A stretch of DNA of 64,000 nt from Planctomycetota bacterium (GTDB taxonomy: Bacteria; Planctomycetota; PLA2; JAEUHO01): the NCBI GenBank assembly GCA_020631815.1, contig JACKGW010000001.1:209683-273682 (forward strand), given 5' to 3'. The notes under the pieces were generated by a model. It did not search any database. It saw nothing but the letters and a program-made list of their open reading frames with translations, and was not told the origin of the DNA. How positions within the stretch are numbered: position 1 is the stretch's first letter; the number at the start of each line of letters is the position of its first letter. Below are positions 38,749-48,050 of the stretch, piece by piece. A program made the translations under genes and the position numbers.

Positions 38749-39762
38749 ATGCCTCGAACCACATTTTGCGACGCCCCCGCCGCGGCGGCGTCTACATCGC
38801 GAGGCCCCTTCGCCGCGACGCGTCCCTTCACGCGGGGCAGTGCGCGCAAGGAGGCGTGGTTCCTGGTCTCGACGTTCGCCGTGATGGCCGCCTTCGCCAC
38901 GGTGGCCGTGCTGCCTCTCGCGTGGCCTCTGCGCCTCCTCGGGTCTCTGGGGACGGGCCTCACCATGGTGCGGGCGTTCATCCTGTTCCACGACCGCCAT
39001 CACGGGGCCGCGTTCACCGAGTCGCGCATCGCCAAGCTCGTGCTCGACGCGTACGGCCTCCTGCTGCTGACGCCGCCGCGCCTGTGGCGCTACACGCACA
39101 ACTACCATCACGCCCACACGGCGCGGACCGACGGCGACCAGCGCGGAACGTACACCCTGTTCACCACCGAGCAGTGGCGCAACGCGTCCAAGCGAGAGCG
39201 CTTCGCCTACCGCGCGGAGCACCACCCGCTGACCTTGCTGTTCGGCTACGTCACGGTGTTCCTGGGCACCTTCGGCGTCTGGCCCGTGCTGCGCAAGCCC
39301 GCGGCGTCCTGGGACAGCCTGGCCTCGCTCGTCGTGCACGCCGGCGTCGGCACCCTCGCCTGGGTACTCGGCGGACCCGCGGTCTTCGTCTTCGCCTTCC
39401 TCATCCCGTTCTTCCTGGCGGGTGCGATCGGCGCGTTCCTCTTCTACGTGCAGCACTACTTCGAGGAGTGCTCCGTGCCCGACGAGGCGACGTGGACGCA
39501 CGCGGGCGCCGCACTGGGCGCATCCAGCCACGTGGCCTTCGGCCCGGTGGGTAGCTGGTTCACGGGCAACATCGGCCTGCACCACATCCACCACCTCAAC
39601 CCGAAGATCCCCTTCTATCGCCTGCCCGAAGCGCTCGCCGCCGTGCCGGCGCTCCAGACCTCCAAGCCCATCGTCCTGAGCCCGCGCGCCATCGCTCGCT
39701 GCCTCCGCCTCAAGCTCTGGGATGCCGACTCCGGTCGCCTCGTCGCCTACGCCGACGCGTAG
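38749..39762 (+). CDS. Membrane-bound fatty-acid desaturase (three His-box type)
   Basis: His boxes HDRHH, HNYHHAH, HHIHH with correct spacing. About four TM helices. 337 aa from the annotated ATG; an internal start is possible. Confidence 0.85.
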   Translation: MPRTTFCDAPAAAASTSRGPFAATRPFTRGSARKEAWFLVSTFAVMAAFATVAVLPLAWPLRLLGSLGTGLTMVRAFILFHDRHHGAAFTESRIAKLVLDAYGLLLLTPPRLWRYTHNYHHAHTARTDGDQRGTYTLFTTEQWRNASKRERFAYRAEHHPLTLLFGYVTVFLGTFGVWPVLRKPAASWDSLASLVVHAGVGTLAWVLGGPAVFVFAFLIPFFLAGAIGAFLFYVQHYFEECSVPDEATWTHAGAALGASSHVAFGPVGSWFTGNIGLHHIHHLNPKIPFYRLPEALAAVPALQTSKPIVLSPRAIARCLRLKLWDADSGRLVAYADA

Positions 39763-39792
39763 GTAGGGCCGCGAGCCTGGGTGCGGTGGGGC

Positions 39793-39879
39793 GGCTCGCC
39801 AGATGCTCGGTCCCGCACCAGCATCGGCTCCTCGAGTGAACAGACCACGAGTCGTCGCCGATGCTGGCGCGCTACCTTC
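39793..39879 (-). repeat. Element C, copy 3 (reverse orientation; stem variant ccagcatcggc/gccgatgctgg)
   Basis: ggctcgccagatgctcggtcccgcacc-agcatcggctcctcgagtgaacagaccacgagtcgtcgccgatgctgg. Compensatory change within the stem (atggt→atgct on both arms) preserves pairing. Confidence 0.75.
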
Positions 39880-40090
39880 GCCCTGACGACCCGATGCGTA
39901 GCGGGTGGCATTCGAAGCCAAGATGCGGGCGTGATGTGCTGAGGCGGCTCCGGGGGAGCCCGGGCGGACGCGCGTTTCCGGTCCGCTGCAATCGGTCACC
40001 GCGCGGCGCTCGAGCCGGGCGCGCGGCTCGGGACCGAGCATCTGGCGGGCCGTACCTGGGCACGGTGGGGCCTCAGCGCATACTCACTCC

Positions 40091-40366
40091 ATGGCGCGGG
40101 TCGAGCTGACGAACCATCTGTATGCGTTCTTTCCGGTGCTCGAGGGAAGTCATGAAGTGGCGCCGGGGACGGTTCGCGACGTGATCGCGGAGCTGGAGGC
40201 GAAAGCCCCGGGCTTCGAGTTCTACGTCTGTGATGAGGCCGGGCGCATGCGTCAGCACGTCAACGTGTTCGTCGATGGCGAGCGCATCCGCGATCGCGGC
40301 ACCTTGGGGGATCCCGTGGGCCCGGATTCCAGGGTGGTGATCGTGCAGGCCCTGAGCGGCGGGTAG
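40091..40366 (+). CDS. MoaD/ThiS-family ubiquitin-like small protein (C-terminal Gly-Gly)
   Basis: 91 aa ending ...VVIVQALSGG. β-grasp pattern (HVNVFVDGERIRD...D.V.I.PA.SGG). Confidence 0.7.
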   Translation: MARVELTNHLYAFFPVLEGSHEVAPGTVRDVIAELEAKAPGFEFYVCDEAGRMRQHVNVFVDGERIRDRGTLGDPVGPDSRVVIVQALSGG

Positions 40367-40402
40367 GCTCTCCGACCCCGCAGCCGGAGAGGGAGGTCGG
40401 TC

Positions 40403-41566
40403 ATGTCGAATCGCATTCTCGTGGGTACGCGCAAGGGGACCTTCTTCGTCGACCGCGGTGGCAGCGGTTGGTCGATGCGCTTGGCCGGGCACCGCGGCTC
40501 GGGCGTCAACTACGTCGCGCGCGACCCGAACACGGGCACGACGTGGGCCCTGCTCGGCCACGGCCACTGGGGCGCCAAGCTGTCGCGCTCCACGGACGAC
40601 GGCGCCACGTGGTCCGACGCGCCGCAGCTCAAGTACCCCGAGGGCGCTCGCCACTATCTGCCTCCGCCGCCCTCCGACACGGGAGCGGGCGAGGGCGCCC
40701 CGGTCCTCAAGCCCGCCACGCTCTTGAAGCTGTGGGTCATGGCATTCGGCGGCGACGGGGCCATCCACATCGGCACCATCCCCGGAGGCCTCTTCACCAG
40801 CCGTGACGGCGGCGAGTCGTTCGACCTCGTGCGAGGCCTGTGGGACCACGAGTCGCGTGGCGGTGATCTCTTCAGCGGCGAGGGCAACGGCACCACCAAG
40901 TGGTTCGGTACCCCTGCGGCCGACGGCGAGTTCTCGCCGGGCATCCACTCGGTGGTGGTCGACCCGCGTGATCCCAAGCACATGTACGTCGCCATCAGCA
41001 CAGCCGGCGTCCTCGAGACTACCGACGGCGGCGAGACGTGGCACGTGCGGAACACCGGCCTGATCATGGATTACTCGCCCGACCCGACGGACGAGTGGGC
41101 GGGCCACGACCCGCACTTCGTCGCACTCTGCACGAGCGACCCCGACCACGTCTGGCAGCAGAACCACTGCGGCGTGTTCGCCAGCACCGACGCGGCCGCC
41201 ACGTGGAAGCGGGTAAGTGCCCCGGACCAGGGCGTGCACTTCGGCTTCCCCGTCGCCGCCGACGAGAAGGACGGCAACACGGCCTGGCTCGTGCCGGGGC
41301 ACTCCGACGCCCAGCGCACGACGGTGGACGGCGGCCTGTTCGTGGCGCGTACCGAGGACGGTGGGGCGACGTGGCAGCAACTGCGCAAGGGCCTGCCGCA
41401 GGAGCACGCCTATGACGTCGTCTACCGCCACGCCCTGGACAACGCGGGCGACCGCCTCGCGTTCGGCAGCACGACGGGCAACCTGTACGTCAGCGAGGAT
41501 CGCGGCGACTCGTGGACCAGCGTCGCCTCGAACCTGCCGCCGATCTACTCCGTGCGCTTCGCCTGA
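40403..41566 (+). CDS. BNR/Asp-box repeat protein (β-propeller, sialidase/Ycf48-like fold)
   Basis: Multiple S-x-D-x-G-x-T-W Asp-box motifs (STDDGATWS, TTDGGETWH, STDAAATWK, TEDGGATWQ, SEDRGDSWT). 37 nt downstream of the MoaD-like gene. Confidence 0.75.
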   Translation: MSNRILVGTRKGTFFVDRGGSGWSMRLAGHRGSGVNYVARDPNTGTTWALLGHGHWGAKLSRSTDDGATWSDAPQLKYPEGARHYLPPPPSDTGAGEGAPVLKPATLLKLWVMAFGGDGAIHIGTIPGGLFTSRDGGESFDLVRGLWDHESRGGDLFSGEGNGTTKWFGTPAADGEFSPGIHSVVVDPRDPKHMYVAISTAGVLETTDGGETWHVRNTGLIMDYSPDPTDEWAGHDPHFVALCTSDPDHVWQQNHCGVFASTDAAATWKRVSAPDQGVHFGFPVAADEKDGNTAWLVPGHSDAQRTTVDGGLFVARTEDGGATWQQLRKGLPQEHAYDVVYRHALDNAGDRLAFGSTTGNLYVSEDRGDSWTSVASNLPPIYSVRFA

Positions 41567-41577
41567 GTCGACGGGGC

Positions 41578-41928
41578 CTACGCCCGCCGCTTGAGGTGGG
41601 AGAGCACGTAGAGGCCGCAGAGTACGCCCATCGCGACCTGGCCGCCGACGGCCAGCGGTCGCTCCAGGGGCTCGCCTTGCAGGTAGGCGATCCCCTTGGG
41701 CACACCCATGGCCAAGCCGCCGATCGCACCCACGAGCGCGAAGAGCAAGCCGCCGCGCAACGCGGAGCGGGCCACGCCGGGGCGCGCTGCCGCGGAAGCC
41801 AGCATGACCTCGACGGCGCCTAGGAAGGCGGGGATCAGCGAGGTCACGTGCTCGCGGCCCGTCGCCAGCCAAAGGCCGACGCCCAGCAGGACGAGGCTGA
41901 GCCCCAGCGCGTGCAGAGCGAGACGCAT
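41578..41928 (-). CDS. Small hypothetical membrane protein (≈4 TM, 116 aa)
   Basis: Hydrophobic segments throughout. Good GC3. No motif recognised. Confidence 0.45.
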   Translation of the reverse strand: MRLALHALGLSLVLLGVGLWLATGREHVTSLIPAFLGAVEVMLASAAARPGVARSALRGGLLFALVGAIGGLAMGVPKGIAYLQGEPLERPLAVGGQVAMGVLCGLYVLSHLKRRA

Positions 41929-42040
41929 CCTGCTCTCCCTTCGTCACCCATCCCCGCGGGCGTGCCCCCTGGGGTAGCATCCGGCCCGGGGTTGGCGCCA
42001 TGAGCATCCGGGCGGCGCGCCCCGGGAAGGACGTCCCTTC

Positions 42041-43321
42041 ATGAGCCCCTCTTCCGACGAGTCGGCCGGCCCGGCCAGCGCCCTTGACCCGCAGGTTCTT
42101 GCCCGGCTTCTCGACGTTACCCGTCGCATCAACTCGGAGACCGATCCCGACGCGATCCTCGGGACGATCGTCGACAGCCTCGTGTCCATCGCCCACGCCG
42201 ATCGTGGCTTCCTCATGCTTCGGGGAGAGGACGGTCAGCTGCGCTTCACCGTGGCACGCGATCGCAAGGGTCAGCCGCTGGAGGAGCGCAAGTTCCAGGT
42301 GTCGCGTGGTGTCGTCGACGAGGTCGCCCAGTCCGGCGAGCCGCGTCTCATCGACGATGCGGCCAGCTCGGATGCCTACAACGCGCGCATGAGCATCGTC
42401 AGTCTGAGCCTGCGCACGATCCTCTGCGTGCCGCTCCAGACCCAGGCCGGCGTGATCGGCGTGATCTACGTGGACAGCAACGCGATCACGCGCCGCTTCA
42501 CCGAGGGCGACCTGCCGTTGGTCGAGAGCTTTGCCGCGCAGGCCGCCGCCACGCTCGAGCGTGTGCGGTTGGAGCGTGTCGCGCGCGAGCGCGACCGCAT
42601 GGCTGCCCAGCTGCAGGTGGCTGCCGAGATCCAGCGCACGTTCCTGCCGGCCACGTTCCCGCCCGCGGCGGGCGTGGTGGGGGCCGTGGCCGCCGTGCCG
42701 GCCCAGCAGGTGGGCGGCGATCTCTACGACGTGCTGCGCTTCCCGGACGGCCGCGTCGGCGTCATCGTCGGCGATGTCGCGGGCAAGGGTGTGCCTGGCG
42801 CCTTGTTCGGCGCGCGGCTGTTGAGCGACCTGCGCGCCCAGGCGCTCTTGCACGGCGACGTGGGCGACACCGTCACGGCCCTCAACGCCATCGTGGCGGA
42901 GCGGGCCACGCGCGGCATGTTCGTCACGCTGATCTACGTCGTGCTCGATCCGCAAACGGGCCGCTGCCAGTACGCCAACGCCGGTCACATCGCACCGACG
43001 GTGCGGCGGCCAGACGGCACGCTCGTACGCTGGACGGGGGTTCTTGGGCCGCCGCTCGGCATCCTTCCCTCGCTCACCTACGAGATGGGCGAGGCCCAGC
43101 TCGAGCCTGGTGAGGTGCTCGTGCTGCTCACCGACGGGCTCGGCGATGCGGTGGGCGAGAACGACCAGCGCTTCGAGGACGACCGCGTCGACGCCGTGAT
43201 CACCCGCGCCGCCGGCGGTCCGCAGGATGTCGTGGACAGCTTGCTGGCCGCGACGGCCGAGTTCACCGGCGCGCGCCCGCAAGCCGACGACCAGACGCTC
43301 CTGGCCATCGCCCGGTCCTAA
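42041..43321 (+). CDS. GAF-domain PP2C-family (SpoIIE-type) Ser/Thr phosphatase
   Basis: N-terminal GAF (..IAHADRGFLMLRGEDGQLRF..VPLQTQAGVIGVIYVD). C-terminal SpoIIE/PP2C (QQVGGDLYDV...VGVIVGDVAGKGVPGALF...LLLTDGLGDA). Confidence 0.85.
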   Translation: MSPSSDESAGPASALDPQVLARLLDVTRRINSETDPDAILGTIVDSLVSIAHADRGFLMLRGEDGQLRFTVARDRKGQPLEERKFQVSRGVVDEVAQSGEPRLIDDAASSDAYNARMSIVSLSLRTILCVPLQTQAGVIGVIYVDSNAITRRFTEGDLPLVESFAAQAAATLERVRLERVARERDRMAAQLQVAAEIQRTFLPATFPPAAGVVGAVAAVPAQQVGGDLYDVLRFPDGRVGVIVGDVAGKGVPGALFGARLLSDLRAQALLHGDVGDTVTALNAIVAERATRGMFVTLIYVVLDPQTGRCQYANAGHIAPTVRRPDGTLVRWTGVLGPPLGILPSLTYEMGEAQLEPGEVLVLLTDGLGDAVGENDQRFEDDRVDAVITRAAGGPQDVVDSLLAATAEFTGARPQADDQTLLAIARS

Positions 43322-43329
43322 GGGAGCGC

Positions 43330-44508
43330 GTGACCGCGTCGTCGTCCGGGGTGCTGCGGCCGAGCCCGCTCTCGGCGTGGTTGTGGCTGCGTCGCCATCC
43401 GCGACAGGCAGCACCGCTCGTCGCCATCCAGGCCCTGGTGACGGCGCTGCTGGTGATGATCATCACGCCCACGAATGCGTTCCGGGCCACGAGCGAGGCC
43501 TACGCCGAGGCGCTCGCGCGCGTCACCATCGCGAGCCCGCTCCGGCAGTTCGCCTTCGATGACGATCTCCTGGCCCGCCTCGACGCGAACCCCGGCCAGG
43601 CCGAGCGCGTCGAGGCCAAGATGTTCTGGCTCAAGATGCCCATGATCGTGGGTCAGGGCTTTGCCCCGTTGATCGCCGTGCCGGACGACGCGCGTGACGC
43701 GTTCCTGGAGCGCGTGGGCGCCCGCCTCGTGGAGGGTCACTGGCCTCGCCCGGGCACCGACGACGCCGTGCTCCACGACAGCCTGATCACGGCGCGCGGG
43801 TTCCGGCTGGGCGACGCCTTCGGTCGCCTGGAGGACCCGGCGGATCCCACACCCGGCCGCTTCGTCGTCGTGGGACGCCTGGAAGGCAGCGCGCGTCTGG
43901 GCATCGTGGATCACGCCTACGCCAGTCGGCCCGCCAGCGTGCTCGCACGCACGCCGCCGTTCCAGCTCGTCTACGCCAAGGCGGGCCGTGAGGCGGAGTC
44001 CGATGCCTACCTCCGTGACCTCGTCGACGACGAAGGCCGATCCCTGCTCCACGTGGTCGACCGTGCGTACCTCGCCGAGCGCATCGACGAGAGTCTGGCC
44101 AACTTGCCCGTGCTACTGGGCTTCATCACCGCGGCCGTGGCTCTCGTGGTGGCGCTGGTCACGTCGTTGCTGGCCGTCGTCGCGTTCCAGGCGCGCGTGG
44201 ACGAGTTCGGCCTCCAGCTCGCCGTCGGCCACCGCGTGCGCACACTGGTCCGCAAGCTGGCGCGCGAGACGGCGCTCGTCGCCACGCTGGGCTGGGCGAT
44301 CGGCCTCGGCATTGGCCTGACGAGTGTCACGCTATACCGGGATCTCGTGCTCGAGCCCAAGGGCATCCTCATGCAGGTGCCCGACATGCGGCCGATCCTG
44401 CTGTCGCTGCTCGTGCCCACGCTGAGCACCGTGGTGGCGTCCTTCGTGATCGCCCGCCGGCTGCGTGGCATGGATCCCGTCTCCGTCATCCAGCGGAGGG
44501 GCGCATGA
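43330..44508 (+). CDS. ABC transporter permease, FtsX-like (MacB/LolE-type)
   Basis: GTG 43330 after AGGGAG. N-terminal TM, large periplasmic domain, C-terminal three-TM FtsX domain. ATGA-coupled to the downstream ATPase. Confidence 0.75.
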   Translation: MTASSSGVLRPSPLSAWLWLRRHPRQAAPLVAIQALVTALLVMIITPTNAFRATSEAYAEALARVTIASPLRQFAFDDDLLARLDANPGQAERVEAKMFWLKMPMIVGQGFAPLIAVPDDARDAFLERVGARLVEGHWPRPGTDDAVLHDSLITARGFRLGDAFGRLEDPADPTPGRFVVVGRLEGSARLGIVDHAYASRPASVLARTPPFQLVYAKAGREAESDAYLRDLVDDEGRSLLHVVDRAYLAERIDESLANLPVLLGFITAAVALVVALVTSLLAVVAFQARVDEFGLQLAVGHRVRTLVRKLARETALVATLGWAIGLGIGLTSVTLYRDLVLEPKGILMQVPDMRPILLSLLVPTLSTVVASFVIARRLRGMDPVSVIQRRGA

Positions 44509-45167
44509 CCGACGCGGAGACCGTGATCGAAGCGCGTGGCGTGGGCCTGTCCTATCGCGACGGACAGCGCCACGTCACGGCGCTGCACGACATCGATCTC
44601 GCGGTGGCGCGCGGCGAGCGTGTGGCGCTGGTCGGTCCCAGCGGCTCCGGCAAGTCGAGCCTGCTGTTCGTGCTCGGTGGGCTGCGGCGTCCCACGCACG
44701 GCGACGTGCTCTTGCTCGGGCGTTCGCTCGTCGGCGGCGCCGACGCCACGGCCGACGTACGCCGTCGCCACGTGGGCTTCCTGTTCCAGGAGCCGTTCCT
44801 CGTGCCCTACCTGACGGTGCGCGAGAACGCCCTCGCCCACGTGCCGACCGCCGAGGCGAGCGAGCGTGTCGAGGCCCTGGCCGTCAGCATCGGCATCGCC
44901 CACCTCCTCGACGAGCGTCCGCATCGTCTTTCGGGTGGGGAGCGCCAGCGCGCCGGCCTGCTGCGGGCCCTGGCCGCGGGCCCCGACCTGATCTTGGCCG
45001 ACGAGCCGACGGCGTCGCTCGACCACGCAACGGGCAGGGCCGTGCTGGACGCCCTCGCCGCGCACGCCCGCGATGCGGCCCTGGTGGTGGCCACCCACGA
45101 TCTCTCCATGCTCGATGCGGTGCACCGGGTGCTGCGGCTCGCCGACGGCCGGCAGACCCCCGGGTAG
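44505..45167 (+). CDS. ABC transporter ATP-binding protein (LolD/MacB-type)
   Basis: Walker A GPSGSGKSS, Q-loop, signature LSGGERQRAGLLRAL, Walker B LILADEPTASLD, H-loop VATHD. Confidence 0.9.
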   Translation: MTDAETVIEARGVGLSYRDGQRHVTALHDIDLAVARGERVALVGPSGSGKSSLLFVLGGLRRPTHGDVLLLGRSLVGGADATADVRRRHVGFLFQEPFLVPYLTVRENALAHVPTAEASERVEALAVSIGIAHLLDERPHRLSGGERQRAGLLRALAAGPDLILADEPTASLDHATGRAVLDALAAHARDAALVVATHDLSMLDAVHRVLRLADGRQTPG

Positions 45168-45203
45168 GGTGGATGGACTTCGCCCCGACGGGGGCCTGCG
45201 GAG

Positions 45204-46583
45204 GTGCCCATGACCTGCTCGCGTGCGCGTGCGGCGTGCCTCGTGCTCGCCCTTCCGGTGTTCCTTCTCGGCGGCGCGTGGGCCTCGTCCTCCGCGGCGC
45301 GAGCCGAGGAGCCCGCCGTCGTCGACGTGCCCGACGTACGTCAGCAGCGGGTGCCGGTGGCCCAGCTGCGCTTGGAGGAGGCGGGACTCGCTGTGGGGCG
45401 CCTCTGGCGCATGTCCGTGGAGCGCCTCGCCAAGGACTACGGCATCGAGACCACGGCGGGAGCCGTCGCCTTCCAGCGTCCCAAGGGCGGCGTGCGCCGT
45501 CCGCGCGGCCATGCGGTCGACCTGATCGTGGCCGCGGCCGTCGACGGCCCGCTGCCCGAGCGTCTGCCGCCGCCCACGGTGCCCCGCGACCCGACGCCCA
45601 CGCCGGACACGCCGAGCCCGGGCGTCACCGAACCCGAACCCGGCTCGCCGCACAGGCCGGAGGTGGCCCCGGGCACGACGCAAGCGCCCACGCCGCCGGT
45701 GTCGCCGCCCTCCAACCCCGACGACATCGGCTCCCCGGAGGCGCCCGCGCCGGCACCGCCTGCCGACCGCCAGGTCGTGCCGCCGCTGCTGGGTTTGCAC
45801 CTGCCCGTCGCCGAGCAGCTGGCGCGCGACGCGGAGATGACGCTGTACGTCGATCGCGTGCCGGGCCATCCCGTGGGCCGCGTGCTGCGGCAGTCCCCCG
45901 AGCCGTACAGCGCGCGCCCGCGCGGCGGTGTCGTCAAGGTCGTGGTCACCGCCGGCGGCGACTTCGAGGGCGAGACCGCGCCGCCGCCCGCCGTCCACGT
46001 GGACGAAGTCGACGTACCTTCGCTGCTCGATCGAACCGGGCCGCAGGCGCTGCGCATCCTGCGTGACCTGCGGCTCGTGGGCACCGTGCTCGAGGCCGAG
46101 CGCGGCCCGGCGGGCCGCATCGTCGACCAGAAGCCCCGCCCTCGCGAGCGTGTGCCCGTGGGCACACTCGTGCAGGTCTGGGTTGCTCCGGGCGAGCCCA
46201 GCAAGCCCACACCGCCGCCGGCCGTCGAGGTGCCGAGTGCGCCGGAGGTGCCCGCGCGCCCCGAGCCTGGCCCTGCAGCGCCTGCCGATGCGCCGAAGCC
46301 GCTGGCCCCCGCTGCTGGGACGGCGCTTCCGCGTCAGGCCAGCATCGACGTCGGGTTCACGTGGTCGGCGGTCGATGGGGCAGATGGCTACCTGCTCGAA
46401 GTCGACGAGCAGACGGCCGACGGCGCGTGGCTCGGCGTGTCGCGCGTGCGCGCCCAGCGCACGGCCGAGATCGTCACCGTGGAGCGTCTGGACCCGCGGA
46501 CGCCGCGGGCGTTGCGCTGGCGCGTGGCAGCCCTGGTCGCAGGCCGCCCCGGGCCGTTCTGCGCGTGGATCGCGCTTCCCTAG
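45204..46583 (+). CDS. Secreted protein with three PASTA domains and Pro-rich linkers (no kinase/PBP domain)
   Basis: Signal peptide. PASTA-like units beginning VPDVRQQRVPVAQLRLEEAGLAVG, VPPLLGLHLPVAEQLARDAEMTLYV, VPSLLDRTGPQALRILRDLRLVG. PT/PE-rich linkers. C-terminal FN3/Ig-like ~100 aa. Confidence 0.65.
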   Translation: MPMTCSRARAACLVLALPVFLLGGAWASSSAARAEEPAVVDVPDVRQQRVPVAQLRLEEAGLAVGRLWRMSVERLAKDYGIETTAGAVAFQRPKGGVRRPRGHAVDLIVAAAVDGPLPERLPPPTVPRDPTPTPDTPSPGVTEPEPGSPHRPEVAPGTTQAPTPPVSPPSNPDDIGSPEAPAPAPPADRQVVPPLLGLHLPVAEQLARDAEMTLYVDRVPGHPVGRVLRQSPEPYSARPRGGVVKVVVTAGGDFEGETAPPPAVHVDEVDVPSLLDRTGPQALRILRDLRLVGTVLEAERGPAGRIVDQKPRPRERVPVGTLVQVWVAPGEPSKPTPPPAVEVPSAPEVPARPEPGPAAPADAPKPLAPAAGTALPRQASIDVGFTWSAVDGADGYLLEVDEQTADGAWLGVSRVRAQRTAEIVTVERLDPRTPRALRWRVAALVAGRPGPFCAWIALP

Positions 46584-46586
46584 CCG

Positions 46587-47408
46587 TCAGGCGCGGTCGA
46601 GGAAGTCGGCTTCCTTCGAGGCCGCGGCCGATGCGGCGTCGCGGATCTTGCGCAGCACGCGCTCGGCGGCCTCGCGCTCGCGCTTGCGGGCATCGCTCTC
46701 GATGACGCGCAGCGGCTCGACATCCACGTCCACCTCGTCGAGGGAGGCGCCGCTCTCCGGAGCGGGCTCGGCCGGGGGCTCGGCAGCCTGCTCGGCAGGC
46801 CGCGCGGCCTTGGAGCGTGAAGGGCCGTTGCGCCACTCGTCGTAGGCGCGAACGCCTTCCATCGCGAGCTGCGTGGTCGAGATCTCGAAGGTCGGCAGGC
46901 CGCCCAGGCGGGGGGTGCCCTCGACGATGATGAAGTGGGCGCGGCGTGCAAAGCACAGGGTGGCCGCGATCTCCCAGATGCGACGTTCGGCCGCCCAGCG
47001 CGCCGCGTCCTCGGGCAGCATGGCCACGGCAGAGGCCTGCCCCTGCTTCTCCTCGACCTCGACGAGCTGCACCATGTCTTCGCGCCCGAGCAGGTCCTCG
47101 CGGTAGAGGATGCGGCCGAGCCGCTCGAACAGGACGGTGCTGGTCGCGGCCACCACGTTGCCCTGGCGGAACATCAGCACGCGGACGTCGTCCGCATCGG
47201 CGATCACGAGCGCGCCATCGAGCGCCTGGTTCGTGCAGAACGTCAGCAGGTCGGCCGTCTGCCGACCCGTGAAGCGGCCGGACGCGCAGACGCGGTGCAG
47301 GCCCCCGTCGCCCACCGGCGTCAGCAGCCCGGCCAGTGCCTGTCCCAGCAGCGGGGACAGGGACTCGGGAAGCAGACGCTCGAATAGGATGGCGACTTCC
47401 AGTCCCAT
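46587..47408 (-). CDS. DUF4388-domain protein (hypothetical)
   Basis: 273 aa from ATG 47408. Segment ADLLTFCTNQALDGALVIADADDVRVLMFRQGNVVAATS...FERLGRILYREDLL resembles DUF4388. Acidic/Ala-rich C-terminus. Upstream R/G-rich extension rejected. Confidence 0.5.
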   Translation of the reverse strand: MGLEVAILFERLLPESLSPLLGQALAGLLTPVGDGGLHRVCASGRFTGRQTADLLTFCTNQALDGALVIADADDVRVLMFRQGNVVAATSTVLFERLGRILYREDLLGREDMVQLVEVEEKQGQASAVAMLPEDAARWAAERRIWEIAATLCFARRAHFIIVEGTPRLGGLPTFEISTTQLAMEGVRAYDEWRNGPSRSKAARPAEQAAEPPAEPAPESGASLDEVDVDVEPLRVIESDARKREREAAERVLRKIRDAASAAASKEADFLDRA

Positions 47409-47539
47409 GCCTCGTCCCGTACCGGCCAGCCGCGCCCATGGGCATGGACACGGGACCCCCCCGGTGGGGCCGCCTGTCCTACCTTTCGGCTCGTAGGGGC
47501 CTCGGCCCGAACCCCGGCCACCGTATCCCTCGGGCACGC

Positions 47540-47977
47540 CTAGCGGAAATGCGGTGTGAAGCCATCGGCGCTGCGGATGCGCCAGTCGCCCGCTGCGTCC
47601 TTCAGCAGCCGGACGCGCCCCGTCAGGGGCAGGACCTGGCCCAGGGCCCGCACGCGCACCGTGACCCGGCTGGAGGCCTCGTCACCGTCCACCTCGATGT
47701 CGTTCACGTCGACGGAGGTCCCCACGGGGCCGAAGCGCTTGGACAGGGCCTCCAGCCGCGCCAGCGCTTGTTCGCGTGGTGTTCCGTCCTGGACGAAGTC
47801 CTCGTGGAGCAGGGCGCCCAAGCCCTCGAAGTCCTTGCGGTCGAAGGCCTTGGCCGCGTCCTCCAGGACGTGGTCCACGGCCTCGGCGTCCGTGACCACC
47901 AAGCGCTCGATGCCCCAGCCCAGCGCCACGAGCGCGAGCAGGGACCAGGGGGAAAGAAGCCGGGCGAGCCTGCTCAT
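47540..47977 (-). CDS. Small secreted hypothetical protein (145 aa; NTF2/SnoaL-like suspected)
   Basis: ATG 47977 after GGTGGAGG. Signal peptide MSRLARLLSPWSLLALVALGWG. Remainder is an α+β pattern. No motif. Confidence 0.45.
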   Translation of the reverse strand: MSRLARLLSPWSLLALVALGWGIERLVVTDAEAVDHVLEDAAKAFDRKDFEGLGALLHEDFVQDGTPREQALARLEALSKRFGPVGTSVDVNDIEVDGDEASSRVTVRVRALGQVLPLTGRVRLLKDAAGDWRIRSADGFTPHFR

Positions 47978-48050
47978 GGACCTCCACCGTATCCGACGAC
48001 GCCCGCCCCCGGGGCCGCCCGCCGGTGCGGCAAGGGGTACACTTCCGCCC

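Noticed and set aside
40073-43414. 1113-aa minus-strand ORF
   Set aside because: It is antisense to the MoaD-like, BNR, membrane and GAF-PP2C genes. Low-complexity R/G/A.
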